DNA from: Laetmonice hystrix | Lineage: Eukaryota | Length of the DNA: 64,000 nucleotides | Reading direction: 5' to 3' | Assembly: GCA_965235115.1 (NCBI GenBank) | Contig: OZ249436.1 | Coordinates: 34,472,001 to 34,536,000 of the forward strand | In this document: in pieces, positions 1 through 13,182 of the stretch | Layout: the number at the start of each line of letters is the position of its first letter | How positions within the stretch are numbered: the stretch's first letter is position 1 | The notes under the pieces: generated by a model | What the model saw: the letters and a program-made list of their open reading frames with translations, nothing else | Databases searched by the model: none | What the model was told of the DNA's origin: nothing | Program-made: the position numbers and the translations under genes

Positions 1-918
1 GGACCTGGCGTATAACATTTACATATTGAGGTGTGTATCACCTATGGCGGGCAATCTCGCGCCCCGGGCCACCTGGGCCCGGCGTTAGATCTACGGGGCT
101 GCCCAAGGGCGGCATAAATATAAAAAAAAGCCCGGGGAGGCTAACTCTGCGGCAGCGGGGGCGAGGGCCGTGCAATGGAGACCGTGTCCTCTTGGTACGC
201 AATCTCCCGAGGTTGTACGGGCCGTTTGATAACCTGACCGAGGCAGTTATCTCACCGGCACCCGGCCGCCGGGACTACGGCCTGATCAAAGTGGCCGCCC
301 CGATGAGCTATTATCACCGGCCAGCGAGGGCCTGCCGTCCATAGTGACCTCCGCCTACCTTTGGAAGCCTATATCTGTGCCCCCAATATAACGGTGCCTT
401 CGCTCCCACTCTCTGCCCCAACCCTCACATCTGAGAACTCGAGCCCATAGCGCACTGTCCGGGACCATGCACCGTTATTGCCGCGATGTTCGCAACTTTA
501 GGGTCAATAACGGCGATGTTATCCACCAAGGTGAAAGACATCCTGATATCAGCTCTGATCCCCGCCGGCCCTCGAGCGGACAAAGCGAACCGCAGGGCAG
601 CAACCCCTTCTCCGGAATTCCGACCAAGCTAATATCCCATTCATTCAGATCTATCATCGCAGGCAGAGGGAGCCACGGTCAATATTATCCGACGGATTCC
701 TTGTTCACCGGTTCATGACCGCACTGACAATGAATATGAAGATTGTGTTTATCCTGCCATCGCTGGCAATATTCATGTATGTTGCACCGGAAGAGTCGAG
801 GCGGCCTCTATCCCACCGATTCAAATAAAGCAGTAATGATGTTACGCGGGGCTGATCATTGCAAATATTCGCGCGTCATACTTTTACCCGTCTACACTTG
901 CTCTTTCTGAACAGACTT

Positions 919-3583
919 CGAGTCATAAGATGCAGGAATCAGTTATAGGGCAGGGCAAGGGGTGTGTCTATTAGTATATACCGTGTGATGAACACTCATG
1001 ACATCGATAAGATACAGGAATCAGTTATAGAGCAGGGCAAGGGGTGTGTCTATTAGAATATACCGTGTGATGAACACTCATAACATCGAGTTATAAGATA
1101 CAGGAATCAGTTATAGAGCAGGGCAAGGGGTGTGTCTATTAGAATATACCGTGTGATGAACACTCATGACATCGAGTCATACAGGAATCAGTTATAGAGC
1201 AGGGCAAGGGGTGTGTCTATTAGAATATACCGTGTGATGAACACTCATGACATCGATAAGATACAGGAATCAGTTATAGAGCAGGGCAAGGGGTGTGTCT
1301 ATTAGTATATACCGTGTGATGAACACTCATGACATCGATAAGATACAGGAATCAGTTATAGAGCAGGGCAAGGGGTGTGTCTATTAGAATATACCGTGTG
1401 ATGAACACTCATGACATCGAGTTATAAGATAAAGGAATCAGTTATAGAGCAGGGCAAGGGGCGTGTCTATTAGAATATACCGTGTGATGAACACCCATGA
1501 CATCAAGTTATAAGATACAGGAATCAGTTATAGAGCAGGGCAAGGGGTGTGTCTATTAGAATATACCGTGTGATGAACACTCATGACATCGAGTCATAAG
1601 ATACAGGAATCAGTGATAGAGCAGGGCAAGGGGTGTGTCTATTAGAATATACCGTGTGATGAACACTCATGACATCGATAAGATACAGGAATCAGTTATA
1701 GAGCAGGGCAAGGGGTGTGTCTATTAGAATATACCGTGTGATGAACACTCATGACATCGATAAGATGCAGGAATCAGTTATAGAGCAGGGCAAGGGGTGT
1801 GTCTATTAGAATATACCGTGTGATGAACACTCATGACATCGAGTCATAAGATGCAGGAATCAGTTATAGAGCAGGGCAGGGGGTGTGTCTGTTAGAATAT
1901 ACCGTGTGATGAACACTCATGACATCGAGTCATAAGATACAGGAATCAGTTATAGAGCAGGGCAAGGGGTGTGTCTATTAGAATATACCGTGTGAGGAAC
2001 ACTCATGACATCGAGTTATAAGATACAGGAATCAGTTATAGAGCAGGGCAAGGGGTGTGTCTATTAGAATATACCGTGTGATGAACACTCATGACATCGA
2101 TTTATAAGATACAGGAATCAGTTATAGAGCAGGGCAAGGGGTGTGTCTATTAGAATATACCGTGTGATGAACACTCATGACATCGAGTCATAAGATGCAG
2201 GAATCAGTTATAGAGCAGGGCAGGGGGTGTGTCTGTTAGAATATACCGTGTGATGAACACTCATGACATCGAGTCATAAGATGCAGGAATCAGTTATAGA
2301 GCAGGGCAAGGGGTGTGTCTATTAGAATATACCGTGTGATGAACACTCATGACATCGAGTCATAAGATGCAGGAATCAGTTATAGAGCAGGGCAAGGGGT
2401 GTGTCTATTAGAATATACCGTGTGATGAACACTCATGACATCGATAAGATGCAGGAATCAGTTATAGAGCAGGGCAAGGGGTGTGTCTATTAGAATATAC
2501 CGTGTGATGAACACTCAAGACATCGATAAGATACAGGAATCAGTGATAGAGCAGGGCAAGGGGTGTGTCTATTAGAATATACCGTGTGATGAACACTAAT
2601 GACATCGATAAGATGCAGGAATCAGTTATAGAGCAGGGCAAGGGGTGTGTCTATTAGAATATACCGTGTGATGAACACTCATGACATCGATAAGATACAG
2701 GAATCAGTTATAGAGCAGGGCAAGGGGTGTGTCTATTAGAATATACCGTGTGATGAACACTCATGACATCGAGTCATAAGATGCAGGAATCAGTTATAGA
2801 GCAGGGCAAGGGGTGTGTCTATTAGAATATACCGTGTGATGAACACTCATGACATCGAGTCATAAGATACAGGAATCAGTTATAGAGCAGGGCAAGGGGT
2901 GTGTCTATTAGAATATACCGTGTGATGAACACTCATGACATCGAGTCATAAGATACAGGAATCAGTTATAGAGCAGGGCAAGGGGTGTGTCTATTAGAAT
3001 ATACCGTGTGATGAACACTCATGACATCGAGTCATAAGATGCAGGAATCAGTTATAGAGCAGGGCAAGGGGCGTGTCTATTAGAATATACCGTGTGATGA
3101 ACACTCATGACATCGAGTCATAAGATACAGGAATCAGTTATAGAGCAGGGCAAGGGGCGTGTCTATTAGAATATACCGTGTGATGAACACTCATGACATC
3201 GAGTCATAAGATACAGGAATCAGTTATAGAGCAGGGCAAGGGGTGTGTCTATTAGAATATACCGTGTGATGAACACTAATGACATCGATAAGATGCAGGA
3301 ATCAGTTATAGAGCAGGGCAAGGGGTGTGTCTATTAGAATATACCGTGTGATGAACACTCATGACATCGATAAGATACAGGAATCAGTTATAGAGCAGGG
3401 CAAGGGGTGTGTCTATTAGAATATACCGTGTGATGAACACTCATGACATCGATAAGATACAGGAATCAGTTATAGAGCAGGGCAAGGGGTGTGTCTATTA
3501 GAATATACCGTGTGATGAACACTCATGACATCGATAAGATACAGGAATCAGTTATAGAGCAGGGCAAGGGGTGTGTCTATTAG
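919..3583. repeat. Minisatellite, 32 copies of an 82/86-bp unit
   Basis: Unit ATAAGATACAGGAATCAGTTATAGAGCAGGGCAAGGGGTGTGTCTATTAGAATATACCGTGTGATGAACACTCATGACATCG(AGTC). The marker CAGGGCA(A/G)GG was counted at 32 positions from 951 to 3560, spaced 82 or 86 bp (one 81). Confidence 0.97.
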
Positions 3584-4800
3584 TGATGTGTGATGAAGAG
3601 CTGTGATTTGTACCATTTCGGAGTTGTTGCCCGCTGTTCAAGGGTGATTCCATATACTACTTACAGCTCAGGTCAAAGTTGATTGGAGTTTTTGAAGGAG
3701 TGTTACATACAATACATTATCATGAATTCATAATGAACAACGGCATCTAATTGCCTAACTATAGGTGCAAAATATGAACACAAAGATTTCCATTGGTTCT
3801 ATGACGGGACAAGTAGACAGATAGCGAAAGTGTCTTCACGAGTTCAGAATGAATGGCGCCCACAAGGTTGTAAGTAGTTCATGGAATAAGGCCTCAGGAC
3901 CAGGATTATACTTCTGATAAACTACCTGAAATCGTTCCTTCATCGTCTTTTCCTTCCTCCTCTTCTTTTTTTTCTTCTTCGTCTTTGTTTCGTGTCCTTA
4001 TTTGTTTTAGTGTATGAATATTATGAATAATCTACCATGCTTTTTCCTTGATTTTAGTCATTGTTTTACTTTCTATCATCTTTCATGAAACCTGTCTCTC
4101 CAAGTCGACCAAGGCCTTGATTATAGAGCAACCCCTCACCACAGAACAGTGGTGTCATCCTAATACCCAGTCCCGGGGGCGCCTGGCCCCTACCCCCATC
4201 CCACCCTCCGTCCTTGGGGCGCCTCGGCAATCCTTAACTAACACACAGCGCATCCTTGGGCAAACAGGCGCGCCTGGCGGAGGATATTGAGAATTTGTCG
4301 GCCTCGGAAGTCAACTTTGGCCGAGCCGCAAGATGTCATCAGTCGCCCCCGCCGGTCGGCCCGGGGATCGAGTTAGACTTCGTCCCGGGGCGCCACTTAA
4401 GTCCCGTCTGCCGCCGCCTTCAACCACACTTATCGACCTCTGCCCGGTGGGGGTTTTACCCTGCTGGCTATATACTGGCCGCCGCCGGGAGGAGGGGTGG
4501 GTCCATGGGGTGGACTAGAGAAATGACACCTTCACAGGTGTACGTCCCACCAGGTGTACTATAGTCGGTGAGAAGCTATCGCACTGCTGAAGTATAGTAA
4601 ATATATTGTTGTATAATGTTAGCTGACTACGTAGGGGGTGTACGTGCATGCCCCCCCCCCCCCACACACACGTCCCAAAACATGACGTGCCACTCTCATC
4701 TATAATGGCAAGGTACAACCTTTGATTGTGGTCCCTTGCTTCAATAGTAGATCTAAATATGTCTAAATAGGTTATAGCAAAGGATTAGGAGGGGGAGGCC

Positions 4801-4964
4801 AGGGCCGTAATTACGGAGGGCAAGGGGGGTAAGGCCACCTAATATTTCCAGTGGTGCCTTATAATTAGCATATTTTACTAGGGAAACTCTGTTCGCCTAG
4901 CCCCCTCAATAATTCAATGGAAATTTTCTAGCCCCCTCCATAAATTTGGAAATTATACGCGCCT
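4801..4964. mobile_element. Possible degenerate non-autonomous DNA element (MITE-like)
   Basis: Starts AGGGCCGTAATT and ends AATTATACGCGCCT, a weak inverted match. Contains the palindrome CCGTAATTACGG and sits between GGA-rich flanks. No convincing TSD. Confidence 0.3.
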
Positions 4965-4967
4965 ACA

Positions 4968-5020
4968 GGAGGAGGAGGAGGAGGAGGAGGTGGAGGAGGA
5001 GGAGGAGGGGAGGTGGAGGA
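4968..5020. repeat. (GGA)n microsatellite
   Basis: Direct reading of the sequence. Confidence 0.9.
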
Positions 5021-6511
5021 TGGTTACATAATACCGTCCACATGAGGACATGACGAGCCCAATACTTTGCTCCAGACCTGTTGTCTGTCGTTTCCCCCGC
5101 CTGCATGTAACATAATCATAATGTACTCACTGGTCATTAATAGTCGACGACAAGAGAAAGATATTAAAAGTCTACCAGTAAGGTTATATGTCGTGAACCT
5201 GTTTCACGTCCTTATGTCCCCATGTCAGTTTGAACCATTCAGGTTATGGCTTTGGTAATCTTTTATTTCATCTGCTGCACATATATTTTCTGCAGTGATT
5301 TGATTTGCGAGGCGATAGATTCCACTCTTTAATTCACTTTCTGTAAACGTTAACTCCTACCACATTTAAGGTTGCCAGAATGTGGCGTTTTTCTTAATAT
5401 GTAATGACCCCCCCCCCCCAACCCCCCGGTTTTAACCTCTGCTTAATATTATCATTTTTATTAAGCAAGTTCCAAAAAATTCCATCACTGGATCTTATGG
5501 TTGTTTTTATGGACAGGCCTGCGGCCGACTCACTTTTAGCCAAAACCTATCGGTATGGAGGGGGGGGGGGGTCATTTTGACATACATTTCGAACCACTTG
5601 TTTGCAGCCGATACGGGCCCTATAGCTCCGAGGGAAAGTAGCGAGTCAGTCCAGAGCTCTAACATGTGTGCGTTATCGGAGCTCTGCAATGGATTGAAGG
5701 CGCGGCGGTTGGCGGAGAGAGGAGGAAGGGAGGGGATTCCCGCCCCTGGGTGGGGTCGAAGGACATGAATGCGCCCCTGGATAGGGGCATGCACGATCCG
5801 GGAGGGACAGGGAAGGGGAGGGGGAGTGGGGTGCGTCTTGCACAGAGAACTCCTGCGTTGCTATTCTCCTGATGGAAGCATTAACTATTAGTGGTGTACG
5901 AACTGAGGTGACCCACTACTCATCTGGCGAGCCCTCAATCGTGATTCCCACAGACCTCCCCCCTTTTTTCATTACTGTTCAGCTAAATAACATTCTGAAG
6001 CCAGGGCGTTCGAGTCGAGAGTTCTTTCATAAAAAAGACCGATGCCTAATAAAATTATGCAACATACTGAGCGTCAATAAAACTCCTTTTGTGATCAGGA
6101 TCAAAGGGTTACCGTTCTAATCTTCGTCTGCGGTTCCATAAAATACAAACATTGTTTTGTCAATATCAACCGGGTATAATTCATCAGGCCAGCCAAAGTT
6201 AGTCGTCGTTTTATGAAGCAAAATGTAAACATGCCGGATGTAGGTAAATAAAGAGATCGGTGGAGACTGGGCCTGTCATCCCGCCCCCGGTCCGTGTGTC
6301 CGGTGGCCCGTGGCCCTCACCCCCGGGGGTGACCGGCCTCTATAACCGCTCCGGCCGGGGGCCGTGTCACGGGCCGACAGTCCAGGCATCCCTGGTTCAG
6401 ACCGGCGGCCCCTCCTCCCCGGTCAGCCGGTCCTTGTGGCGGCCACTGTTTGACCGCTGCCGGCCCTAGCTCGGTCCGGCCCGGCCGGGGCCTGCCACCG
6501 CCGACCGTAGG

Positions 6512-6636
6512 CCAATCAAGCCGGTCAGTAGCAGGACGTCAATCGGTCATCCAGTCAAACGGGTCATTGACACCGCCCCCGCCCTAACTGACACTCACTC
6601 ATGTCGGAACACGCGCCACTTCACCAATTATATAAA
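6512..6636 (+). promoter_or_regulatory. Promoter-like motif cluster (CCAAT, CRE-like GACGTCA, TATATAAA) at the end of a GC-rich block
   Basis: CCAAT at 6512 and 6624, GACGTCA at 6535-6541, TATATAAA at 6629-6636. Motif match only. Confidence 0.25.
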
Positions 6637-9218
6637 TGCAATAACATCGCTGCCCATCATCGAATCAACACGGGCAGGACGAGTCACCCCGGCATGTTAG
6701 TCAGGCTAAAAGGGGGAGGGCCGGCCCAACACGGGGTCACATTCCGGGGTCTGTACGGTCAGCCCCCCCGGCCTTCACCGGGGTCGACCGATGAGGTCCC
6801 GCCGGGTCCTACATGTCAGTTACCTTGTCCTCACCTCAGTAAAGTTTGTGAGGCCAAGTCTTGCGGACAGGGCACGGAATGGTAGCAGCACTATTTACCA
6901 CGTGTCACCCGTCCACTCAGGGCCAGCACATCCGACCACATGTCAGGCGACTTCCTGACACGAGTCAGTCAGCTTTGTTTACTGACCAAGCTAAATGATT
7001 TGCTGATAGCCAGGGCGGCCATGTGACGACCCCATTGGTTGTGTCACGAATACCGCACCCACAATACTACAACGTTTAACGAGGCTGAAAGACGTGCAAT
7101 TTACACTTCAAACAAAACATGCTCTTTGTAGATTAATACCGCTGTACCGAACAAAAAATCAGGGCAAGATTACCACAGATCGAACAACAGAACGCGGCGG
7201 AGGAGGTCAGGAGGGGGGGGGGGGATGGCAACTTCGCCTTTGGAATTTTAACACAAAGTGGATTTTCTATCTATATGATGCGGTCAATATATAACATAAT
7301 GTATGCTTATACATTTATACATCCATAAACATACTATTTACCAATGTATATTTAGCATACTATATGCCTATATAGTTTTTATATTTCTGTATGAATGCAT
7401 GTATGGTCATATTTATTGAGGCCTTCGTATGCATACATACATTTTTGTATAATTATATCTATATGTGAGCAATACATCCAGGTGATAAGGCTGCGGAGAT
7501 TACTAGTACTATAGACCTATGTTATGGAATCTAAGAAAGAATACTTATTATTAGTAGGCATTTACCACACATAAACTTATTTTGCTTACATTCATACCCA
7601 ATCCACCCATGTATCTTTTTGCAGTCATGTATAAGGAGTCCTTCTGGACAAGGCATTTGCTGGAGAAAGCTTCATCATTTTGGCCAGGTTTCACCGGCTA
7701 ACTTTGTGGAATGTGATCGTGGATCAAGGGTTTATACAGCCTTTGCCACCACTTCTGGAATACAATGTACAATATTACTGTTTTCAGGCTATATCTGATG
7801 ACATTCATTGATGACGTCATCTGGTTTCTAGTAACAAGTCACGTCATCATGAGTGGTCAGTTTCTGGTATTGTACATTGGGATCGACATGGTGGGAAATC
7901 TCATTTCTTCTTACAAAATGGGACGCCAGAAGGGGTCATTAGATCGCATCCGTAAAGACGCAGTTATTGCAGTTGGCATCTGTAGAACATCATGAGATGA
8001 CAAAATAATCTTTTTTTGTCTTCCTTACGATGCAGAAAATGGAACTGCTCCGCGAGATACCTGAATTAATGTAAGGAAGGCGGTCACATTTTGTATCAAT
8101 GAGGACCCAGTTCGGCAAATCTCAGATTGCGATGTTACGCTTTTCAATCGAGGTTATTGTCATTGCACGGGAAGTCAAAGTACATTACTGTATACATTCA
8201 ATAGTTACAAATAGGTACGCGCTGTATTGTGTTCAAACTTTTGTAATCCTATGTTAGTGGTAATATGTCAAGAATAACGTATACATTATACAGCTTCGCA
8301 ACAATATTTCTTGCATATAGTGTATTATAATTATATATTCAGTACCTATCTATACTAACCTGTTAGGATTTCCCAGGTATTTTCCAAAAATATGTGAACA
8401 CCAGAGAATCTAGAATGACGCCCAATACCGCAAGCTATCCACATATACTTGCATAGACTTCGAGTTTAAGCACAGCTACTTTTTACCGCAGCCTAATGAG
8501 GATCGCCAGAAACTACCACCAACTGTTGCAGAGAAAGGATGGATAAATAACCTTAAAATTATTCCACGGCAAAGACGATCGGCGCTCGGTGAATGTCGCT
8601 AGACCTCGGTACTTCTCGTCGCTATAGGAAGTATAGTACCCGTGCTGGTCAGTGTTGACATCACCACCCAGTTTCACCCATTATAACCGGCTGATCGGAT
8701 TCCCATGTCGAAGACCAGACTTGGTTTTGAGTATATCCGACAAGAAATGTGGAATTCCAGGTGTGATAATGCATATCGCTGTTAGTTTACGATATCTACG
8801 TGTAGTAAACCTAAGAAGTATGTTTGTGACACAAGGAGCCTAGATTTTGACCAGGTAAACCCGGCCGAACTGGCTCCCTCGAACCCTCAACCCGGTTGAC
8901 ATATCAAGTTGGCCATGATATCATAACAACACCTCTGTATCATTTTTTTGGAAACACTACTTTTATTTGATCCTAATGCTTTCCTTTTGATATTTCCTGT
9001 CCTCTCGTATCACTTCCCTCGTGTCGTAATCGAGGAAGACATCTGGCATGAGATCTGAAACCATCTCATGAATTTGTAGGCTTCCTGATCCTGGTGGTGG
9101 TTAATCCGATCGAAAACTCCTGAAACACAGTCAAATATCATGATTATCTCTTGACCCATTATTACTTCCCGAATTATAATGTTTGTATTTATCTCTCATG
9201 CACTCGTAAAATGGATTC

Positions 9219-9389
9219 NNNNNNNNNNNNNNNNNNNNNNNNNNNNNNNNNNNNNNNNNNNNNNNNNNNNNNNNNNNNNNNNNNNNNNNNNNNNNNNNNN
9301 NNNNNNNNNNNNNNNNNNNNNNNNNNNNNNNNNNNNNNNNNNNNNNNNNNNNNNNNNNNNNNNNNNNNNNNNNNNNNNNNNNNNNNNNN
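9219..9389. other. Assembly gap (171 N)
   Basis: Run of N. Confidence 1.
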
Positions 9390-11885
9390 TTATTTGATAA
9401 TTTTACACAGATGCCGACACACCCATAAAAGCATGGGTGTATGTATAAATACATATACAGATATGTACAAACACAAAGCCAGACACGCAGCATACATGGA
9501 ACAGAAAAAAAATCATTCAAACTAATTAATGCTCAAATCATCAGAGGCCAGAGAAATGTATTTAATCCTGTACCAAACTGGTATAGTGTCGTGACTCTTA
9601 AGTTTGGTAGATAAGCAGTGTTATGGTTGAACATCCACCAACCGTTGGTCAGAATTAAGGCATCGTTCTTTTCCCCTCCCCCCAGGATATTTAGCTACAG
9701 TAGAAACTCGTAAAACAAGATACATAAAGAGTATTTTGGTAAGCCATCACATATATAGTGATACGATCCGAAAGGTTCCACGCCCATCCGACCGCTATGA
9801 ACCCTATCTGTATTATCAACATACGTTCATCATTCATGAACCGAATTTCACCTGCTGGTCTTTACAAGTTCCAGCAAAGCCCTTCCAATGCGAAGACCAA
9901 TTTATCTGTTGATTGGCCTATCTAATCCCTGCGTATTACTACCCACGCTGAGTGCCCTGTCCAGTCTGCATGTGCCATGTTTGTGGCATCCATAGTAGGA
10001 CCACCGGCTTATGCCCGCTTATATTCATGCATTAGTATATCGTACCGACCGTCCCCTGCCAAAATCATATACAGTGACCTCCGTTATACTATGGCACGGG
10101 GAATGGGGGCCGCATTTGTATATATGCAGTAAAAATGCAGGAGATTTCAGCAGAGCACAGACGATATTCATACAGGGGATTATAGATATAGCACCCCAAT
10201 TACTCGCATTACATCTGATGAGAAAAAGTGCGGCGCTGGAGCCACAGCGTTATTAAGCCAGGGCGATCGAAGCGCTGTGTGCGGGGATCGTGGCGGCCAG
10301 GCAGGGTTGGGTTTTAGGCCAAGGCCTCGGTTGACGGATGTGTCGTTGGGCGTCGGCCTGCGGCAGGACCGATGATAGAAGGGCACACGAGGCAGGGGAC
10401 CGGCGACCGGGCCCTTTGTCTTGGTTGCCATCATTACCGACCACAGCCACCACCTTGTTGGTCCCTTTCTTGCCCATTTATAAAAGCGGGCGGCGCTCAG
10501 CGTTGATAGAAAACGTGGCCTTTGCACCCAGCCTTTATTCGTTTCCTTTGCAGGTTCCTGCTTGACCAACGTACATTTATTGACTCTGTCACCACCAATT
10601 CCATCAAAAGGTATAAGGGTTAGGAAGGTTGTCCACCGGTTCGCCTGGGCTGCCTGCAGAGGCCGAGTGGCTGCATGGCCCTTGCGCGCTAGGAGGCGCG
10701 GCCCAGTTCGGTGTGGTTCGGCTCGGTTCGGTTCGACTCGACCCAAGGGACGGACAATCACGGAGGTGTAGGGAAGGCGTCGTGACATTTTGTCTGCCCC
10801 TTCACAGTGGACCACCCTTGGACCGGATTAGACACCTATAGATCGTCCAGAGCCGTGTAATTATAGCAGGGACACCTCTTGCCCCCACAGTAAGAACCCC
10901 CATGACCCGATCCCATCCATTACAAAAGGCAACTATAGCCGTATTCACGCATTCACACAGAAGAATGAATCCTGTGTGATTTGCCTAATATGGCACCCAC
11001 CCATGAAGTGTTCTGGGGGCAGGACAGCGTGGCAAACTCAGGCAGCAACTGTCAACTATTCTCTGATTCACTCCTTAGCACCTTCTGAATCAGTAAGACA
11101 CTAAAACCATTTAAAGAAAGCTGGCCTGTGCCTACAATCTGCCAGTCCTCTGGTCGACGGTTTGTAGCCTCCATTCTATAATCATAGTATGATGACCTGC
11201 TTCAAGTTCCTGAAATAAATATCATTTTTGTATGCAGTATTTTGTAAAGTTGTGTAATACACAAACTCATATACCTCTGAGTGCAACAATTGCATCTGAT
11301 CCTCACAGACACATATGGCAGATGCGTGATGCTGTTTCTTTGAACATCTTTTTTAGAAGTCTGGATATACCCGAATCCTTTCAAATAGTAAAGTAATTAA
11401 TGTTAACGGTGATGTGATTTTTAAAGAGACAACTGATTTGGGGTAAAGATTCATTTACGTAACCTCAGCAGAATCTCCGTCAGGTACCAGCACTGACTGC
11501 ACTAACAGGAGGGTCTGGTGAAATCATCATGACCAATAAATGGTTTCCCTGTCTATAGAGCATATTCTCATTGGCTACTTATCGACTAATGGCAACCTAC
11601 GGCGTCATAACGCACGCATTGCGTTTAATAGTCCCAGCAGTCAACAAGCTAACCGCAAACAAATGGCTGGTGCTGGTGCTGGTGCTGGTGCTACTGCTGA
11701 CTGCTGATTGCTGACTGCTAACGGGGGCACGACTACCAAATACGTTTTGATACACGTTTTTCATGTCCTATAATGTATGTTTTTTGAACGTTTTGAGTGT
11801 ATAGTTCGAGAACTGGAACACATGTTGTACAATGATATAGGTATCTCATTATTCTATAGGCTATGCTGGAGAGTGAGACGGAAAT

Positions 11886-11945
11886 ACATTCGCTGATCTA
11901 ACCTATCTTCAGCTCGCTCGGACCCAAATAATGAATTCCTATATC
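11886..11945 (+). repeat. 60-bp direct repeat, copy 1 (copy 2 at 13123-13182)
   Basis: ACATTCGCTGATCTAACCTATCTTCAGCTCGCTCGGACCCAAATAATGAATTCCTATATC; 58/60 identical to copy 2. Confidence 0.95.
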
Positions 11946-11987
11946 TGCATATATATAATCTACAAGTGGGTGGTCCATCTCTGGGTG

Positions 11988-12068
11988 ATCACTTGAATTG
12001 ATGTTTAATTACATATCACTTGAATTAATGTTTAATTACGTATCACTTGAAGTAATGTTTAATTACAT
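11988..12068. repeat. Tandem repeat, 3 x 27 bp
   Basis: Unit ATCACTTGAATT(G/A)ATGTTTAATTACAT. Confidence 0.9.
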
Positions 12069-12314
12069 GCTTTGAACAATCTTTTGGATTATTGTTATTC
12101 TGGGAACATATAAAATTGCTAGTAGAAGAGATTTCTGCCTAACCTCAAAGTATCGGTAATAAAACAGGCGTTAATAATGATGGTGATTAAGACGATTTAC
12201 ATAATAATTACTGTAGTATTTATAGACGTGATTTGTTATTGAGTCACAGCCGTCCTGCCCTTGACATTCTCAGATGGGTCACCCACCTGTAGATGGGTAA
12301 CTGACCCATTTGAG

Positions 12315-13080
12315 GGTCCATTAAGTCAGACCCATACGTGGATCCATTAAGTCAGACCCATCTGTGGATCCATTAAGTCAGACCCATCCGTGGATCCATT
12401 AAGTCAGACCCATCTGTGGATCCGTTAAGTCAGACCCATCCGTGGATCCATTAAGTGAGACCCATCTGTGGATCCGTTAAGTGAGACCCATCTGTGGATC
12501 CATTAGGTCAGACCCATCCGTGGATCCATTAAGTCAGACCCATCTGTGGATCCGTTAAGTCAGACCCATCTGTGGATCCATTAAGTCAGACCCATCCGTG
12601 GATCCATTAAGTCAGACCCATCCGTGGATCCATTAAGTCAGACCCATCTGTGGATCCATTAAGTCAGACCCATTCGTGGATCCATTAAGTCAGACCCATC
12701 TGTGGATCCAATAAGTCAGCCCTATCCGTGGATCCATTAAGTCAGACCCATCCGTGGATCCATTAAGTCAGACCCATCCGTGGATCCATTAAGTCAGACC
12801 CATCCGTGGATCCATTAAGTCAGACCCATCCGTGGATCCATTAAGTCAGACCCATCTGTGGATCCATTAAGTCAGACTCATCTGTGGATCCATGGAGTCA
12901 GACCCATCTGTGGGTCCATTAAGACAGACCCATCCGTGGATCCATTAAGTCAGACCCATCTGTGGGTCCATTAAGACAGACCCATCCGTGGATCCATTAA
13001 GTCAGACCCATCCGTGGATCCATTAAGTCAGACCCATCTGTGGATCCATTAGGTCATGAGGTCAGACACATCTGTGGATG
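12315..13080. repeat. Minisatellite, about 29 copies of a 26-bp unit
   Basis: Unit GTGGATCCATTAAGTCAGACCCATC(C/T). Preceded by a hairpin with arms 12269-12281 and 12302-12314 (12/13 match). Confidence 0.96.
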
Positions 13081-13122
13081 AGCGCTCCATCTGGAGTTCA
13101 CACGAAGTATATGTGTTAGAAA

Positions 13123-13182
13123 ACATTCGCTGATCTAACCTATCTTCAGCTCGTTCGGACCCAAATAATGAATTCATATATC
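13123..13182 (+). repeat. 60-bp direct repeat, copy 2
   Basis: 58/60 identical to 11886-11945. Confidence 0.95.

Noticed and set aside
919-3583. CRISPR-like appearance of the long arrays (also 12.3, 47.2 and 57.8 kb)
   Set aside because: There are no unique spacers (units are contiguous near-identical copies), no cas genes, and the context is eukaryotic.
8950-9100. Minus-strand peptide LQIHEMVSDLMPDVFLDYDTREVIREDRKYQKESIRIK vaguely like a Penelope GIY-YIG C-terminus
   Set aside because: It is short and bounded by stops, with no catalytic motif and no adjacent reverse transcriptase. A BLASTX search would be needed.
9131-9525. ORFs spanning N-gaps (also 14656-15251 and 23882-24332)
   Set aside because: Their length comes from X residues translated from the gaps.
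9696-9720. TA|CAGTAGAAACTCG, resembling a Tc1/mariner-pogo terminus (also TA|CAGTGACCTCCG near 10070)
   Set aside because: No matching inverted end was found downstream.
10660-10745. tRNA-like A-box (GGCCGAGTGG) and B-box (GGTTCGACTC)
   Set aside because: The spacing is too long, the T-stem does not pair and no cloverleaf forms. The B-box lies in a (GGTTC)n low-complexity run.
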